This document shows, one piece after another, positions 38,732 to 52,253 of a stretch of 64,000 nt of DNA. The notes beneath the pieces were generated by a model. It searched no databases, was not told where the DNA came from, and saw nothing but the letters and a program-made list of their open reading frames with translations. Position 1 is the stretch's first letter. Each line of letters opens with the position of its first letter. The position numbers and the translations under genes are program-made. Origin of the DNA: Dictyostelium discoideum (taxonomy: Eukaryota); NCBI GenBank assembly GCA_000004695.1, contig CM000152.2:3136001-3200000 (forward strand), written 5' to 3'.

Positions 38732-39235
38732 CCAATTTTAAAAAAAATAAAATAAAAAATAAAAATAAAAAAAATAAAAATAAAAGGAACATTTGGTGTA
38801 TGTGTTTTTCCCACTTTTTATTAAATTTTCCACTTTTTTAAATAATTTAAAAATAAAAAAAAAAAAAAAAAAAAAAAACAATTTTACAAACACCAAGCAC
38901 ACTAACACACTTCATACAACCATATTGTTTTGTTTACCAAAGTGTTTTTATTATAATTTAAAAAAAAATTCAAAATGATTTAATAGTTGGAATTAGCGCG
39001 TTTATTCAATTTGTCGGTTAAAGTGAAAATTTTCCCTCCCAACTTTTTTTTTTATTTTTATTTTTTTTTATTGCCGACTAGATTTTTTTTTTTTTTATAA
39101 ATTAAAAAAAAAAATAAAAATCTTTTTTTTTTAAAACATTTATTAAAACTTATTGTGTACATATATATATATATATATAAAAAAGTTAATTAGTTAATTA
39201 ATTAATTTATTATCAATTAAAAAAATAAAATAAAA

Positions 39236-39548
39236 ATGGGTCTTGATATTCAAACAGAAATCGATAAAATTGTAATTGAAAAGGTTAAACCAGAAGTTGA
39301 ATACTATGACGTTATGGGTGGGTCACATAGATGGGAAGTCAAAGTGCACGACCATGGTAAAGTTGCATTAGTCGATACTATGCCAAGATTAGCACCAGTT
39401 GGTCAAACCGCCGATTTCTCAATTTGTCAAGCAGCAAGAGTGTCATATGGTGCCGGTACTAAAAAAGTCACTGAAGATAAAGGTTTAATTCGTTATCTTT
39501 ATAGACATCAACATACTTGTAAGTATATAAATAAATAAATAAATAATG

Positions 39549-39579
<31 letters not shown>

Positions 39580-40238
39580 ATTAACAATTTTTAATTTTTA
39601 ATTTTTTAGCACCATTTGAAATGGTAGAATTTAAATTTCATTGTGTAATGCCAGTATTTATCGCACGTCAATGGATTAGACATAGAACAGCAAATGTCAA
39701 TGAATATAGTGCACGTTATTCAGTATTACCAGATAAATTTTATCATCCATCAATTGAGGAAGTTAGAAAGCAATCAACATCAAATAGACAAGGTGGTGAA
39801 GAAGCATTGGAGCCAAAAACCGCCCAAGAGTTTTTAGACTATTTAGATAAAGTTGAAGAAAACTATAAAACCTATAATGAACTCTTAGAGAAAGGTTTAT
39901 CACGTGAATTGGGTCGTATTGGGTTACCAGTTAGTATCTACACTGAATGGTATTGGAAGATCGATTTACATAATCTTTTCCATTTCTTAAGACTTCGTAT
40001 GGATAGTCATTCTCAAAAAGAGATTAGAGATTATGCAAATACAATATTTGCTCTCATTCGTCCAATTGTACCAGTTGCTTGTGAAGCATTTATAGATTAT
40101 GCTTTTGAAAGTTTAAAACTTACACGTTTAGAAATTGAAGCAATTCGTACTGGTAGTCCACTCAATACTACAAATAAAAGAGAAATAGAAGAATTTGAAG
40201 AAAAGAAGAAATTATTATTCCCAAATACTCAAGCCTAA
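39236..40238 (+). CDS. thyA: Flavin-dependent thymidylate synthase ThyX. Exons: 39236..39518 and 39610..40238 (303 aa).
   Basis: The ThyX signature RHRTANVNEYSARY (RHR-x7-S) is in exon 2. The donor is ACT T|GTAAGT (phase 1). The acceptor is tttttag|CA, giving ...[31 protein letters not shown]... Dictyostelium is the classic eukaryote with a ThyX-type thymidylate synthase (established knowledge). Confidence 0.9.
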
Positions 40239-40427
40239 AAAAAATCACAAAACACAAAACACAATTATTTAATTAATTAAATAATCTTCATCCTTTTTTG
40301 TATATAAAATAAATAAAACAAATATTATTAATGTATTGTTCATTTTGTTATGAAACAATTCATTTTCTAAATAAAATATATATGTTATCACAATAAAATT
40401 ATTTATTTATATTTATTTTTTAAAAAA

Positions 40428-40857
40428 TTAATCATCAAGAATGATTTCAGAATCATCTTGGTATTGTTGTTGTTGAGGATTTTGTTGTTGTTGAAGTCTA
40501 TTATTATTACGTTGATTTAATTGTTCTTTTTGTAATTCTTCTAAATTTCCAGAATAGGTTGAAACATCCAATTCTTTTAAAGTTTCATTTGTAATTTCAG
40601 TATCTTGGGTTATTATTTTTATTAAATTATCATAGATTTTATTTTGTGGATTATCAAATGCTGGTGGTAAATTGGATAATGGACTGTTTGAATTTGGATT
40701 ATAACAATATGTATTCTTTACAAAGTTTTCTTTTTTAATTTCCAATGCATCTTGAATTGTAAAATTTTCTTTTAAATTATCTTTATTTTTAAATTTATAA
40801 ATTTCTTTAAATCTATCTTCAACTTTTTTAACTTCTTCATTTGTATATAAACTATAA

Positions 40858-40944
<87 letters not shown>

Positions 40945-42108
40945 TAATAAACATATTATATATATATATATATATATAGTTTAGTCTTTTTTTTTTTTTA
41001 CATACTTTGAAAATAATTCAGGATCTAATGGTTTTTTAGTTGGACTATTATATGTTTCTGAAATATGTTTAGTTTTACTTTGAATTAATATCCATTGTGG
41101 ATCATAACATAATTTTAATGGTTCACCAATTGGTACTTTTTGTTCAAATTCAAGTACCTGTAAGAAATCACGATTTGGTAAAACTTTATCTAATCCAAGG
41201 AATCTTGTAAATTCATTTGTATTAGCTTTATTTGTATTTGTTTTTTCAATTGATGGTTCATTAGTTTTATTTGTAGGAGAAGTGGTAGGATTATTATTAT
41301 TATTATTATTATTATTATTTGAAGACTCTGTATTAGTAGTTGTTGTTGTTGTTGTTGTTGGATTATTTTCTTTATTTTCATTATTTTCATTATTTTCATG
41401 TTCAACCAAAGCAGCAAATTTTGCATGCAAATGAGCAGAGAACCAAAATTTTGGTTTTAAATGTTTTAAAGTTGCCATTGTAGCTGGATTACCTAATTCA
41501 CCTTTTTCAGAATCTTCAATTAAACCCTTTTTATAACGTAATAATGAATTACGATCACCATAATCAATTATACCCATTGGCCAATCATGAGAGATGATAA
41601 TTTCTAGTGTTGGATCGGTGATTTGCATAAATTTGAAAATATCCAATTCTCTAATATGGTATACACTACGTAGATGGTCGTCAGAGAATGGTTTGGTTTC
41701 AAAATAACCTTTTTGATAATCGTATTCCTTAAAGATACCTGACAAACCACCAATACGGATACCACCAAATTGAACAACATTTGATCTGCCCATGAAATAG
41801 ATATTCTCGCATAACCAACCACCATTATTGATTTCAGAGAAATGATTGGACGATTCATGATTACCACCAATCACTAATGTTAACATTGGTGCTTTAAGTT
41901 CACCACTATAATATTTATAAAATGATCCCATAGTTTTATATTTTGGTTTAACTGCTAATGATTTTAAATCATGTAAATTCCTCAATGCTTCATAATCGCC
42001 ACAACATAATAACAAATCAACCTTTGTTCCTGTAACCTTTTCTATATTAATTATTGAATTATAAATTGTTTCAATTTCACCATGACAACATCCTTCAATT
42101 GCAATCTT

Positions 42109-42150
<42 letters not shown>

Positions 42151-42260
42151 TATAAATAAAAATAATAATAAAAAAAAAAAAAAATTAATATTAAAATTTA
42201 TAAATAATAATAAATAAATAAATAAATAATAATAGTAAATTAATAAATACATACTTTCAT
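40428..42260 (-). CDS. dbr1: RNA lariat debranching enzyme DBR1. Exons: 42260..42255, 42105..41006, 40851..40428 (about 509 aa).
   Basis: The 6-nt first exon is ATGAAA followed by GTATGT. The acceptor aaaataaag|ATT gives MKIAIEGCCHGEIETIYNSI...VDLLLCCGDYEALRN..., matching human [20 protein letters not shown]...VDLLLCCGDFQAVRN. Metallophosphoesterase motifs GGNHESSNH, GGLSGIF and SHDWP are present. The second donor is AA|GTATGT (phase 2). An (ATT)n intron ends at ttttatag|T. The last exon has an acidic, Gln-rich tail. Confidence 0.85.
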
Positions 42261-42566
42261 TATTATGTGTATATTTTGTTTTGTTTTTGTTTTTGTTTTA
42301 GTTTTGTTTTTTTTTTTTTTTTTTTTTTCTTTTAAATGTATATATATATTAAAATGTTTGAATGAAATAATAAAAAATATTATGAATATATTGAATGAAT
42401 TTCACAAAAAAAAGAAAATTAAAAAATGAAAAAAAAAAAAAAAAAAATAAAAACATTTTTATTTTTAATTTTATTTTGTTTTAATTTTAATTTTATTTTG
42501 TTTTATTTTTTTTAATTATTTTTTAATTATTTTTTAATTATTTTTTTTTTTAAAAATTTAAATAAA

Positions 42567-44486
42567 TTAGGATCTAAAATCTAATACACAAACAGTACTA
42601 TTAGAATAGCAAGCACTAATTTTATCACCAGAACTATTCCAACAAACTTCAAAAATACCACCACTACCTTTATAACTTTTAACAAGGGAACCATCTTTAA
42701 CAGACCAAATATGAAGATACTTATCAAAGGAACCACTTGCAAGATATTCACCATTTGGAGAGAAGGAAACAGTGTAAACTGGATCCATATGTTTCTTTAG
42801 ACTATATATACATTTACCAACGTCGACATCCCACAATTTGATGGTATTATCGAAGGAAGCACTGGCCAACACCAGATTTTTATTGGGATTGTTTGAATCG
42901 GGCCCCGTAGGAGACCATTTTATAGTGTAGATCTCTTTTGTGTGATCCTTGAAATCGAATAGACAACCACCAGTTTTCATTGACCAAATTTTGGCAGTAT
43001 AATCATCGGAGCACGACGCTAGCAGGGTGCCAGTAGGGTCCCATTTAATTGCATTGATTTCGTCGTGGTGACCTTGGAAATTCATTATAGGTTTCTCTTT
43101 ACCAATTTCACAAACGTAGATCATCTTATCGGTTGAACATGTCGCAAATTGTGTATTATTTCTCCAATCTATATCCAACGTTGGTGCCGTATGAAATTCA
43201 AATTGTTGTTTCACCCCTCCTGTCTTTACATCCCATACAATCGAAGTTTTATCAACACTACCACTTAATAAATAATTACCTTTTTTATTCCATTTCAATG
43301 AAAATATTGGAGCTTGATGTTGTTCTAAAATATATATTAAATTACCATTCTTATTCCAAATTCTACCTAAACCATCATATGATCCTGTTGCTAATAATGA
43401 TCCATCTGACTAAAAAAAAAAAAAAAAAAAAAAAAATTTAAAAAAAAATTAAAAAAAATTGAAAATTAAAAAAAAAACAAAAAAAGTGTTGTGGGGATGT
43501 ACATACACTCCATTCTAAAGTTGTAACATCTATTGTTTTTTCATTATAATTTGGATTACGATGATTTAATACAAGTGAAGAAACTTGTTCTTTTGAATTT
43601 TCACAAGGCCCTGGCGGAATTTTCCAAATTCTAGCAGTACTATCACCACTACCAGATGCTAATAATGATTGTGAAGGGTTCCATGCACAAATAAATACTT
43701 CATTACTATGTCCTAAAAGTGTTGTAACTTGAGAATCCGGTATCTCGATTGAATCTATTATTTATTATTATTACCATTATTATTATTTTTTTATTATTAT
43801 ATTATGAATATCATTAAGTGAAAATTAAATTTACCTTCTTCTTTCATTTTAACATCTCTATCATATTTATCTTTTTCTTTATCATGTTTATCACTACTAC
43901 TACTACTACCACCACCACCACCACTACCACTACCAACACCAACAACATTAATTCGATGAGTTATTGATGACCATGATGATGATGATGTAGTTGTTGTATT
44001 TGTATTACTTTCTTTTTTATCTTTTTTATCTTTATTTGAAGAATTACTGTTGGTATTGATATTATTACTATTGTTATTGTTGGTACCACTATTTAATGAA
44101 TTGTTTTTATTATTAGAGGATGATGATGATGAGGATGAGGATGAGGATGATGATATTGAATCATCTTTCTCTTTAATGGTTGTATTTTTTTCATTCTTTT
44201 TCTTTACTTGACAAACATGATTTGAAACTAATGAAAATGGTTCTGTACAATTGATTTCAGTACCATCTTCTTGAAGGTGCGCTTCAACCTCCATATATTG
44301 AAGACCTTTTTGAAGTACTGAAACTAAACTACCATGTGGTACATTCGATGCATTTATATCGGACTTAGATACTAAACTTTCATTATAAAAACTAAATGCT
44401 GCATGTTGAAATCCACTCTCTAATAAATATTTATAAATTAAGAAATTAATTTCATCACTTGTTATATTAATTGTTGATGATGACAT
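42567..44486 (-). CDS. TBL1/TBL1XR1 (Ebi)-like LisH + WD40 corepressor subunit. Exons: 44486..43835, 43754..43507, 43409..42567 (about 580 aa).
   Basis: The LisH N terminus [70 protein letters not shown] matches TBL1 [64 protein letters not shown]. WD repeats include [30 protein letters not shown] and [22 protein letters not shown]. The C terminus [31 protein letters not shown] matches [31 protein letters not shown]. Donors are G|GTAAAT (phase 1) and AGT|GTATGT (phase 0). Confidence 0.85.
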
Positions 44487-44724
44487 GTTTGGGTTTTTCT
44501 TTTTCTTTTATAATTATTATTATTAATATTATTATCAATTCATAATCTATAGGATATGTTTATTTTATTTTATTTTATTCTTCTCTTTATTTTTTATTTT
44601 TATTTTTTTATTTTTTATTTTTAATACAACTTTAAGTTTATTTCTTTTTTTTTTTTTTTTTATTATTTATTTTCTTTACCCCACCTCTTTTAGATTCTTT
44701 GGTGATAGGAAATAATTTGAAACA

Positions 44725-44758
<34 letters not shown>

Positions 44759-44768
44759 CAATTTTTTG

Positions 44769-44826
<58 letters not shown>

Positions 44827-44860
44827 AAAACCATCCGTTAAATTTAAGTTAAAGTTTGAA

Positions 44861-44898
<38 letters not shown>

Positions 44899-44986
44899 TT
44901 GTAATAATAATTAATACCAATTTTATTTTGTTTTATTTCATTGAACTTTTTTATTTTTTTATTTTTCTTAATAGAAAAAATTAAGT

Positions 44987-46048
44987 TTACAATCTCTTAT
45001 AAACTCTAACATAATCAACAGTCATGTTTTGAGGGAAAATGGTTGAATCAATTGGATTTCCACCCCAATCACCACCTACAGCAACATTAAAAATTATATA
45101 AAATGGAGTTGTTGTTGGTAATGGTAATTCAGTTGTTGGTTCAATTTTAAAATATGGAATATTATTAATCATCCAAATAATTTGATTTGAATCCCAAATA
45201 ACACTATATAAATTAAAATCTGAACTAAATGATTCAGTGATAGTTTTACCTCCACTTTCTTCATTTTGATTACATTGTGTACTATAATGATATGTACCAT
45301 AGATTGTATCATCTTGACCTAAATTCTCCATAATATCAATCTCTCCACCTGTTGGCCAACATAGATTTGTCTCTGGCATTAACCAAAAAGCTGGCCAATA
45401 TCCTGGAATTCAAAAAAATAAAAAAAAAATAAAAAAAAAATAATATTATTAAAATTAGTAAATTTTGACTAAGCACCCCTCCCTACCCATCACCTCCTTT
45501 TTTTATTATGTAATATTTAACATACCTTGACCATATGGTAATTTAATACTTGCTTCTAATCTACCAAATGTTGTATTAAATTTACCTGATGATGTAATTT
45601 TACCTGATGTATAATTATGACCCTTTGGAGAGAAAAAAAAAAAAAAAAAAAAAGAAATAAAATAAAAATAAAAAATGGTTAGTATTGGTGTGATTGATAA
45701 ATTTTAAAAATAAAAAATAAAATATTTATAGCATACTTGATATTCTTGTTGTTTGGCAATAATATTTAAATAACCATTTTCAACAATGATATTTTCAGGA
45801 ATATAATCTTCCAATTCAGCATTGTAATCATATGATTGGGAAATTTCATTCCAAATTGATAAATCTAATGAATCACCTTCAAATTCATCTTGAAAAATTA
45901 GATTCCATCCATCATATGATATTGGTTCTGTTGATGAGGATGATGATGATGATGTTGATGAGGATGATGAGGATGATGAGGATTCAACATCTTTAATAAA
46001 AACTATAAAAAGAACAAAGAAAATAAATAATTGAATATACTTGTTCAT
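44987..46048 (-). CDS. Secreted glycoside hydrolase family 16 (beta-1,3(4)-glucanase/laminarinase-like). Exons: 46048..45737, 45622..45526, 45402..44987 (about 274 aa).
   Basis: The signal peptide is MNKYIQLFIFFVLFIVFI, followed by a poly-Ser linker. Exon 2 GHNYTSGKITSSGKFNTTFGRLEASIKLPYGQG|YWPAFWLMP matches the GH16 block YTS.R...KF...YGR.EAR.KLP.G.G.WPAFWMLG. The catalytic motif is GEIDIMENLG (ExDxxE). The C terminus ends FYIIFNVAVGGDWGGNP...VDYVRVYK. Donors are CAA|GTATGC and G|GTATGT (phase 1). Acceptors are ccaaag|GG and ttccag|GA. The upstream ATG at 46111 is preceded by an A-run and is less likely to be the start. Confidence 0.75.
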
Positions 46049-46302
46049 TTTTTTTTTTAGAATTGGTGAATGGTCGTGGTGTTTCAAAAAAAAAAAAAAA
46101 AAAAAAATCAATTTTCATAATTTTTCAGATATTTTAGATTTTTTTTTTGATTCCATTTAATTTAATTTTTTTTTAATTTTATTTTTATTTTTTTTTTTAC
46201 CCTTATTTTTTTTTAATTTTATTTTATTTTTTTATTTATTTTTATTTTTTTCAAACATTAATTAATAATAAAAAAGAAATTTCTGAATAGTGGAAAAAAA
46301 AA

Positions 46303-46845
46303 ATGATTGAAAATATTGAAACGGAAAGATTAGTTTTAAGGGATATGAAATTAGAAGATAAATATGACATTTTTGAATATAGGTCAGATGGTGAAACTAA
46401 TAAATACCAAAGTTGGATTCCAAAAACTATAGATGATGTTCAAGAATTTATTAAACGAAATCCAAATGAATTTAATAAACCTGATACTTGGTATCAAATA
46501 CTAATTATATGTAAAGATAATAATTGTATAATTGGTGATATAGGTATTCATTTTATTGATATCGGTAATAATAAACAAGTTGAGATTGGTATAACATTAA
46601 ATAAAAAATATCAAAAAAGAGGCTATGCAATTGAATCGTTAAATGGAATAATTCAATACCTTTTTAAAACATTAAATAAACATAGAATTACTGCATCTGT
46701 TGATCTAAATAATACAAATTCAATAAAGCTATTTGAACAATTACATTTCAGAAAAGAAGCTCATTTTAAAAAAAGTTTATTTATTAACAATGAATGGGTA
46801 GATGATATTATCTATGCATTACTTTCTGAAGAATGGTTAAAATAA
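46303..46845 (+). CDS. GNAT-family N-acetyltransferase (RimJ/RimL-like). Single exon, 180 aa.
   Basis: The N terminus TERLVLRDMKLEDKYDIFEY is typical of RimL-type acetyltransferases. The acetyl-CoA binding core is IGITLNKKYQKRGYAIESLNGIIQYLFKTLNKHRITASVDLNNTNSIKLFEQLHF (Q/RxxGxG/A-like). There are no introns and the architecture is bacterial-like. Confidence 0.75.
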   Translation: MIENIETERLVLRDMKLEDKYDIFEYRSDGETNKYQSWIPKTIDDVQEFIKRNPNEFNKPDTWYQILIICKDNNCIIGDIGIHFIDIGNNKQVEIGITLNKKYQKRGYAIESLNGIIQYLFKTLNKHRITASVDLNNTNSIKLFEQLHFRKEAHFKKSLFINNEWVDDIIYALLSEEWLK

Positions 46846-46855
46846 AAAAATAAAT

Positions 46856-46915
<60 letters not shown>

Positions 46916-47212
46916 TGATAATTAAAAAAAGTATTAATAAAATAAAAAAATTGAAAAATATTTAAAATAAAATAATTATTGAAGAATAACAAAAAAAGAA
47001 AAAAGTATTTTTAGTATAATTTCATAATTATTGGAAACCATAAATCGTTTGGGGATTTTCATGTCCTTAAAAACCCAAATTATTTTATTTTATTTTATTT
47101 TTTTTTTTTTTTTTTTGTTTTTTATTTTTTATTTTTAATTTTATTTGAATTTATAAATAATAAATAATTTTTTTTTTCTAATTAATAATTTGGGTCTCCC
47201 TTGAAACAAATT

Positions 47213-47251
<39 letters not shown>

Positions 47252-47978
47252 GTTCCTTTACCACATGGAATACTATTACGGAATTTTCCTATTTCTTAAA
47301 GAACATTAATATTATTATAAATAAAAATTCGAAAAATAATCTTATACTGCTTATATTTGTAATTATTTTGGGATTTAAGATAAAAAAAATAAATAAAATA
47401 AAAAAATAATTAAAAATAATAATTATTTGAATGGGAAAAAAAAAACTAATAAAAAAATAATTAAAAAAATAATTAAAAATGAAAAAATAAAATAAAATAA
47501 AATTAAAAAACAATGTTACCACACTAAACATAAAGGAATTGTTTTATTTTTTTTTTTCTTTAGATGTAAAATTAAAAATTTTATCCTAACTGAAAGAATA
47601 TTATTATTATTATAAAAAAAAAAAAAAAATTAATTTTTTATTTAAATTTATATGTAACAACCCCCCATCTAAAAAAAGAAAAAAAAAAAAAAAAATTTTT
47701 ACTGTTATTATAATCCAGCCCTGTCAATTAATTTTTTTTTTTTTTTTTTTTAATTAAATTATTTTTTTTTTTTTTTTTTTTTTTTTTTATTTTTTTTTTT
47801 AAATCAAAATTTTTTTTTTTTTTTTTTTTCATTTCATTTTAAATTCTTTTTAGGAACACATCTATATTTATATATATTTAATGATTTAATTCTTTTTCTT
47901 TTTTTTTAATAAAAAAAATCTTTTCCTTTTTTAATAAATAATTAATAAATTGTAAAATAATAATAATAAAAAAACAAA

Positions 47979-48240
47979 ATGGTTTATGCAAATAATAATA
48001 TTGATCCAAATGCACCATGCTATGTATCTGAGTGTGCCGAACTTTTATCAGATAAAGTAGGTGGTGTTGTTCTTGGTTGTACTGACCAATGGTTTGCTGA
48101 ATGTGTAAACCTCATTAAACACTCAGCTCCAGTTTGGGATGCTGAAAAATATGTTGATACAGGTAAATGGATGGTATGTATAATTGAAATTTAACAAGAA
48201 ATTTAGCTTTTAAAAAACTCTATCAATTCAATTTCAAAAA

Positions 48241-48274
<34 letters not shown>

Positions 48275-49233
48275 AAAAAAAAAAAAAATTTTCAATTCCA
48301 AAAAATATCTTTTTTTTTTTTTTTTTTTTTTTTTTTCAAAAAAATATCTTTTTTTTCAACTTGTGCTAATATTTTTTTTTATTTTTTTTTAAAAAGGATG
48401 GTTGGGAAACAAAAAGACATAATCCAGATCATGATTGGTGTATTATTAAATTAGGTATTCCAGGTGTAATTTATGGATTTGAAATTGATACAGCCTATTT
48501 TACAGGTAATTATCCACCACATGCATCAATTGAAGCACTTTGTGATGATAGTGATCCAAATTTCAACACATTGAAAGAATCAAATAATTGGGAAGTAATT
48601 TTAAACAAATCCGATCTTGGCTCATCATGTAAAAAGTATTTTGAGTGTAAAGTTGAAAAACGTTTCACTCATATTAAATTTAGAATTTATCCAGATGGTG
48701 GTGTTGCAAGATTACGTGCCTACGGTAGGGTTGTTAAGGATTGGACATTAGTGATTCCAGGTGAATTGGTTGATTTGGCTGCCATTGAAAATGGAGGTTT
48801 AGTAACTCAAGTAAGTGACCATTTCTATGGCAATAAAAACAATATCATCATGCCAGGTCGTTCAGTGAACATGGGTGATGGTTGGGAAACCAAGAGAAGA
48901 AGAGGTCCAGGAAATGATTGGTTAACTGTAAAATTAGCAAAAGAAGGTATTGTCAAAAGAATTGAAGTCGACACCAATTGGTTCAAAGGCAATTTCCCAA
49001 CATCTTGTTCAATCGATGCCATTCATTCAAGTTCTGCTCCAGATGAAACTCATCTTCAAGATTATGAATGGACAAATATTCTTCCAAACTCTCCATTATG
49101 TGGCCATCGTCGTCATTTCTTCCAAAATGAATTGGTAAACAATGATAAACCTTTCACTCATATTCGTTTAAATATTTTCCCAGATGGTGGTGTTAGTAGA
49201 TTAAGAATTAATTGTTCATTACCAGATTCAAAA

Positions 49234-49274
<41 letters not shown>

Positions 49275-49311
49275 CAGTAATAGTTTTAAAACCTCAGATA
49301 GACAACAATAA
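47979..49311 (+). CDS. Allantoicase (allantoate amidinohydrolase). Exons: 47979..48173 and 48397..49311 (369 aa).
   Basis: There are two allantoicase repeats, each starting DGWETKR (DGWETKRHNPDHDWCIIKLGIPGVIYGFEIDTAYFTGNYPP and MGDGWETKRRRGPGNDWLTVKLAKEGIVKRIEVDTNWFKGNFP) and each ending with a THIKFRIYPDGGVARLR / THIRLNIFPDGGVSRLR block. Exon 1 ends GKWM|GTATGT, and human ALLC has FGKWMDGWETRR across the same junction. The acceptor is aaaaag|GAT. Confidence 0.85.
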
Positions 49312-50150
49312 AATAATTAATTTTTTTTTTTTTAAGAAAATAAAAAAAAATAAAAAAAAAAAATAAAAAAATTAAAACTTCCAATTATTTTTTTTTTTTT
49401 TTGGAAATTTCCAAAAAAAGAATTTTTTTTTTTTTTTTCAAAATAAGAAACAGAATTAAAAAAAAAATGCATCTCTATTTTTATTTCTTTTTTTTGATTT
49501 ATATTTTCGTGTTTTTTTTTTTTTTTTTCAAAATTTTTTTTTTTTTTTGTTTTAGATATTTTTCCCCAGTGACGGAGTGTTTATAATAATTTTAAAAAGA
49601 ATTTTGTATTAAACATGTTTGTGTACCAAAAAGGGGCCAATTAACCACAGAAAATTTCAAAATTTCTGCGTCCGTTTTTTTTTTTTGATTTTTTTTTTTT
49701 TTTTGATTAATTTTAATTTATTTTATTTTTTTTTTTATTTTTTTTTTTTTTTTTATTTTTTTTTATTTTTTTTAATTTTTTTTTTTTTCTCTGTTTAACA
49801 CCAGTGTTTTTTTTTTTTCTGGTCATTGTTGATACTGCATAATTATAAGGGTAAGTGCACATACAAACATATAATAATATTTTTGATCATTTTTTTTTTC
49901 TTTTTTGGTAAAATAAAAATTACCACAAAAAAAAAAAAACCAAAAAAAGAAAAAAATAAAAGATGAAAAATCAATTTTTTTCAGTTTTATAAAAATAGTT
50001 TAAAAAAACACCTCAAATATCTCACCTACACATTAATAGTTGGTTTCTTTTATTTTTTTTTAATTTTTTTAATTTTTTTTTTTTATTTTTTATTTTTTAC
50101 TGGTACTGGTGTTTGTTGTTTGACTTGTTTATTTTAATAATTTTTAAACC

Positions 50151-50185
<35 letters not shown>

Positions 50186-51405
50186 TATTCTATTAATAAT
50201 TTTTTATTTTTACTTTTTTATTTTTTTATTTTTTTTTATTACAATTTCAAAAAAAAAAAAAAAACAATAAAAAATAAAAAAAAATGAAATAAAAAATTAA
50301 AATAAAAATGAAATTAAAAATTTTAAAAAAAAAAAAAAAAAAATAATAATGTGAAAATAATATAAAAAGATAAAAATGAAATGTGTGGTCAACAAACAAT
50401 ATGTTGATAATTTTTAAATTACCAAACATAAAATCTATTTATTTTTAATTTTCTCAATTTGAAAATTTTATGCTATTTGTAGATTGAATGTGGGGATTTG
50501 TGGTGATTTATCCCCACATTTCACCACATATAGTTTTAAAAAACAAATTTCCAAATCATTGTGTTGACAAAAAGGGAGGGTGTGATGGAGAAATTTAAAA
50601 AAAAAAAATTAATAAATAAAAAAAACTCACATTTCAAAAATGTATTTTTTGCACTATTATAGGCAAAAATAAAAAAAAAAAAAATTTAAAAAAAATAAAA
50701 AAAAAAAACCCCTTTGTTTTTGTGATATCAAATGATTATATCATTTTTGTTTTTTTGTTTTTTTTATTTTATTTATTTTTTTTTTATTTTATTTTTTATT
50801 ATTATTTTTTTTTTTTTTTTAATTCTTTTCAATTTAAATGAGCAATTTGAAAATTTCATCCAATTTTTGTATGTCTAAATTCAAATTAATTTATTTTTAT
50901 TTTTATTTTAATTTATTTTTATTTTTTTTTTTTAAAAGTTTGTTTAGATAAAAAAAAAAAAATAAAATTAAAAATAAAAAAAAAAAAAAAAAAAAAAAAA
51001 AATTACATTAGAATACACTACAATATTTATTTATCTGGTAATTAAATAAACCAACATATTCCTTTTATTAGTATTTTTTTTCAATTACATTTAAATATTC
51101 ACGTTTACGCCTTTTCCTGTTAATTGTTGTTATAATTTAAAAAAACCCAAAATTTCAAACAGCGATAAAAGATACAACAAAAAAAAAAAATAAAAATAAA
51201 AAAGAAAAAGATAAAAAAAAAAAAAAAATAAAACACAGGGTAAACCTTTTATATTAGATTGCATGGTTTTTTATTAATTTTTTTTATAAATTTTAATTTT
51301 AATTTATTTTTGTATTAATTTATTTGTTTTGATAAAAACACATACCAATATAATTATTTTTATAATAAACCAACCAATCGCACTTTTTTTTTTTTTATTT
51401 ATTTG

Positions 51406-51444
<39 letters not shown>

Positions 51445-52088
51445 TTTTATTATTTTTTTATGGTTTTCTTTCTTTTTTTTTCTTTTATTTTAAAAATTTA
51501 TCATTTGGAAATATAACATATATATAACAAGTGTGTGTGCGTGTGAAATATTTTTTTAAATTTTTTAAAAAAAAAAAAAAAAATTTATTGTGTATGGTAT
51601 TATTAAATTAGTTATTATTCATATTCAATTTCAATTTTTCGATTTCCACTGTTATTGTTTTAATTAATTCCATAGTTTTTTTTTTTTTTTTTTTAATAAA
51701 AATTAATTTATTTTAATTTTATTTATTTGTTTTATTAATTTAAAATATATTTTTTTATTTTTTTTTTTTTTAAAAAAAAAAAAGGACCTAATTATTAATA
51801 TATTTTAATTTTTTTTTTTTTTTTCCAATTTTATTTCTTCAATTTCCATTTCCAAATTTCAAAACCTTTATTATATTATTATTTTATACTATTACAATTA
51901 TATAATTTCATACCCCCAATTCTTCACTTTTTCAAATCTTTATTTTTTTTTTTTTTTTATTTTTTTTTAAAAAAAAAAATAGAAAATTAAATAATATTTA
52001 TTTTTTTGAAAGATAATTTTTAGGATATATACAACAGATTAAACTCAAACGAGAAATTATTTAAATTGATTAATTATCTAAGAGGAGG

Positions 52089-52127
<39 letters not shown>

Positions 52128-52253
52128 AATAACCCCCACCCCCACAAATATCCAATATATCTTAAAAATAGTTATATATAAAATAAAATAAAATAAAATA
52201 AAATAAAATAAAATAAAATAAAATAAAATAAAATAAAATAAAATAAAAAAAAA

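Noticed and set aside
43133-43441. 102-aa plus-strand ORF.
   Set aside because: It is antisense to WD-repeat exon 3 of the TBL1-like gene.
48825-49138. Two ORFs of 62-65 aa inside the allantoicase gene (both strands).
   Set aside because: They overlap the strongly conserved allantoicase reading frame.
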